Shown: positions 62,804-64,000 of the stretch, in pieces
Numbering within the stretch: the first letter of the stretch is position 1
How the letters are laid out: the number at the start of each line of letters is the position of its first letter
From: a virus
Lineage: Duplodnaviria > Caudoviricetes
Strand: one strand, 5' to 3'
IMG/VR virus record: IMGVR_UViG_3300043422_000086
Span: 4,183 to 68,182 of that record
Length of the DNA: 64,000 nt
Notes under the pieces: model-generated
What the model saw: the letters and a program-made list of their open reading frames with translations, nothing else
Databases searched by the model: none
Told to the model about the DNA's origin: nothing
Made by a program: the position numbers and the translations under genes

Positions 62804-62875
62804 CTGGCCCGGCAGGAATCGAACCTGCATAAGATGATTAACAGTCATCCGTAATAACCCTTATACGACAGGCCA
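62804..62875 (-). tRNA. trnN: tRNA-Asn(GTT), second divergent copy
   Basis: gatga-ctGTTaa-tcatc. Confidence 0.88.
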
Positions 62876-62945
62876 ATTTGCCTCATGTGAGGCCACGTAT
62901 CAATTCCATTAATACTACTCTATATGGAAACTAGATTGAATCTAG

Positions 62946-63046
62946 CGGTCACGACAGGATTCGAACCTGTAATTTCCAAAGAATAGAAGTATCTCGAGTT
63001 CGTTCTATTCCCTTTGAGGAAGTGTCACCTTTTACACCACGCAACC
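62946..63046 (-). ncRNA. tRNA-like RNA with greatly elongated anticodon arm
   Basis: ggttgcg/cgtgacc; gtgt/acac D stem; gaatagaa/ttctattc extension; canonical T arm. Confidence 0.65.
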
Positions 63047-63054
63047 AATATTAG

Positions 63055-63139
63055 TGTCTCTGTATGGGATTCGAACCCATAGTCTTCGGGATTCGTTTCC
63101 TGGTCCCGCGTTCACTGCCAAATATAAACTAAACAGAGC
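63055..63139 (-). ncRNA. tRNA-like RNA with 12-nt anticodon loop
   Basis: ctctgt/acagag; cggga/tcccg; atggg-ttcgaat-cccat. Confidence 0.6.
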
Positions 63140-63236
63140 AATCAATTAAAATTACAGAAATTAGTGACGTCAAATCTCTTTAAGCTATATGTAATCTTAA
63201 TCGTTAGGAAGATCTTGCTGATCAGGCATCTTCTTT

Positions 63237-63329
63237 GCTGATTAGAATGGATTCGAACCATAATCCTGAGTCCCCTTTCAGGTACTCCGACCCTACTACG
63301 TTCCTCTGTGCGCCTTTACACCATAATCA
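63237..63329 (-). ncRNA. tRNA-like RNA with remodelled central domain
   Basis: tgatta/taatca; gtgt/gcac; T arm. Confidence 0.5.
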
Positions 63330-63379
63330 ATCGACAGTTTCGAACCTGTCAGTCTTAAGTTAATTACTCTTAAGATTTG

Positions 63380-63458
63380 TTGCGATTAAAGGACTCGAAC
63401 CTCTGTTGGGTATATCTACCGATACGGCTCATGAGACCGTCAATGCACCTGCATCGCA
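63380..63458 (-). ncRNA. tRNA-like RNA, CAT anticodon, reduced D arm, long variable arm
   Basis: tgcgat/atcgca; acggt-ctCATga-gccgt. Confidence 0.55.
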
Positions 63459-63537
63459 ATAAATATCTGTCTTTCCAGATTGTCAGCGTTCTATTAAAAA
63501 CGGAAGAAGTTTTGCGCCTATACCTTTTGTAACATTG

Positions 63538-63614
63538 CAATAAAGGCAGGATTCGAACCTGCAACCCTTTCAAGATTTCCCTTGAATGCTGTACCTACTT
63601 CAGCTTACTTTATC
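63538..63614 (-). ncRNA. tRNA-like RNA with non-canonical anticodon loop (ggaaat)
   Basis: ataaag/ctttat; gctg/cagc; ttcaag/cttgaa; T arm. Confidence 0.6.
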
Positions 63615-63739
63615 TCCAGGTAATCTATAAGCCACTACCCTTGGAGCTGCGAATCGTATTAATATCATCCATTCTAGACTGAAGATAAAAACATCTTATA
63701 GAATGAGAGTTTTAAAACTGTTATACTCACAAACAATAG

Positions 63740-63816
63740 TAGTTAGGGTAAGAATCGAACTTACTACTTTAGTAGGGGAATATCCCATTGCTACGCGACC
63801 ACCGCACAACCTAACC
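63740..63816 (-). ncRNA. tRNA-like RNA, degenerate anticodon arm
   Basis: ggttagg/cctaact; gtaag-ttcgatt-cttac. Confidence 0.55.
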
Positions 63817-63880
63817 ATTTTGATGTCTTTCCATCAGTCAACATTGTGCAATTGAAGGGGCACGTTGCTCGTAACCTTTG

Positions 63881-63977
63881 TAATTATGATTGGATTCGAA
63901 CCAATTTCAGCTTTGCCATAAAGAGTCGATTTCAACTCAACCTTGGGGAGGTGCCGCCAACCAATGGCCTCATAATC
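63881..63977 (-). ncRNA. tRNA-like RNA with multi-hairpin central domain
   Basis: gattatg/cataatt; gagttg-aaat-cgactc; attgg-ttcgaat-ccaat. Confidence 0.55.
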
Positions 63978-63980
63978 ATT

Positions 63981-64000
63981 TGCGAAGTGAATGGATTCGA
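63981..64000 (-). tRNA. Partial tRNA or tRNA-like 3' end, truncated by window edge
   Basis: T-loop tcgaatcc plus acceptor strand. Confidence 0.45.

Noticed and set aside
59364-63573. ORFs 59364, 61684, 62549 and 63370 in the tRNA array
   Set aside because: They overlap tRNA or tRNA-like genes; the translations are typical tRNA shadows
1-64000. Stop-codon reassignment (TAG/TGA recoding as in some large phages)
   Set aside because: Long genes are intact in code 11, TAG/TGA stops are followed directly by the next start, and no suppressor tRNA is seen

Overview
AT-rich window from a large lytic dsDNA tailed phage (T4-like/jumbo organisation). The host is probably a Bacteroidota/Flavobacteriia bacterium, inferred from the promoter -7 boxes, an Hc1-type histone-like protein and a D-S/T-x lipoprotein. 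Almost all genes are on the minus strand and use standard code 11. Coding content: (i) two collagen-like Gly-Ser/Thr tail-fibre genes with C-terminal S74 chaperone domains, plus a Hint-domain adhesin-like gene; (ii) about 15 unrelated proteins sharing an N-terminal MKH(I/V)KLFE(E/Q)F(I/V/L)NE leader that resembles the T4 capsid-targeting sequence, including an Acb1-like 2H phosphoesterase, a GNAT and a P-loop kinase; (iii) a glycosylation locus (Aah/TibC-like heptosyltransferase fusion, GT9, epimerase); (iv) DNA ligase, DinG-like helicase and an exonuclease; (v) NAD/tRNA counter-defence genes (NAMPT-like + PRS-like, macrodomain, Thg1, Pth2-like, HD, HAD) among many small early ORFs; (vi) two convergent lysins. 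RNA content: 17 recognisable intact tRNAs interleaved with about 10 non-canonical tRNA-shaped RNAs, a tRNA-Ser apparently split by an endonuclease gene, and four CAGCAA-motif RNAs, two of which contain circularly permuted tRNA bodies (Y-RNA/YrlA-like). Three promoter motif classes can be read directly from the intergenic DNA. All functional calls come from motif recognition by eye; no database searches were run.
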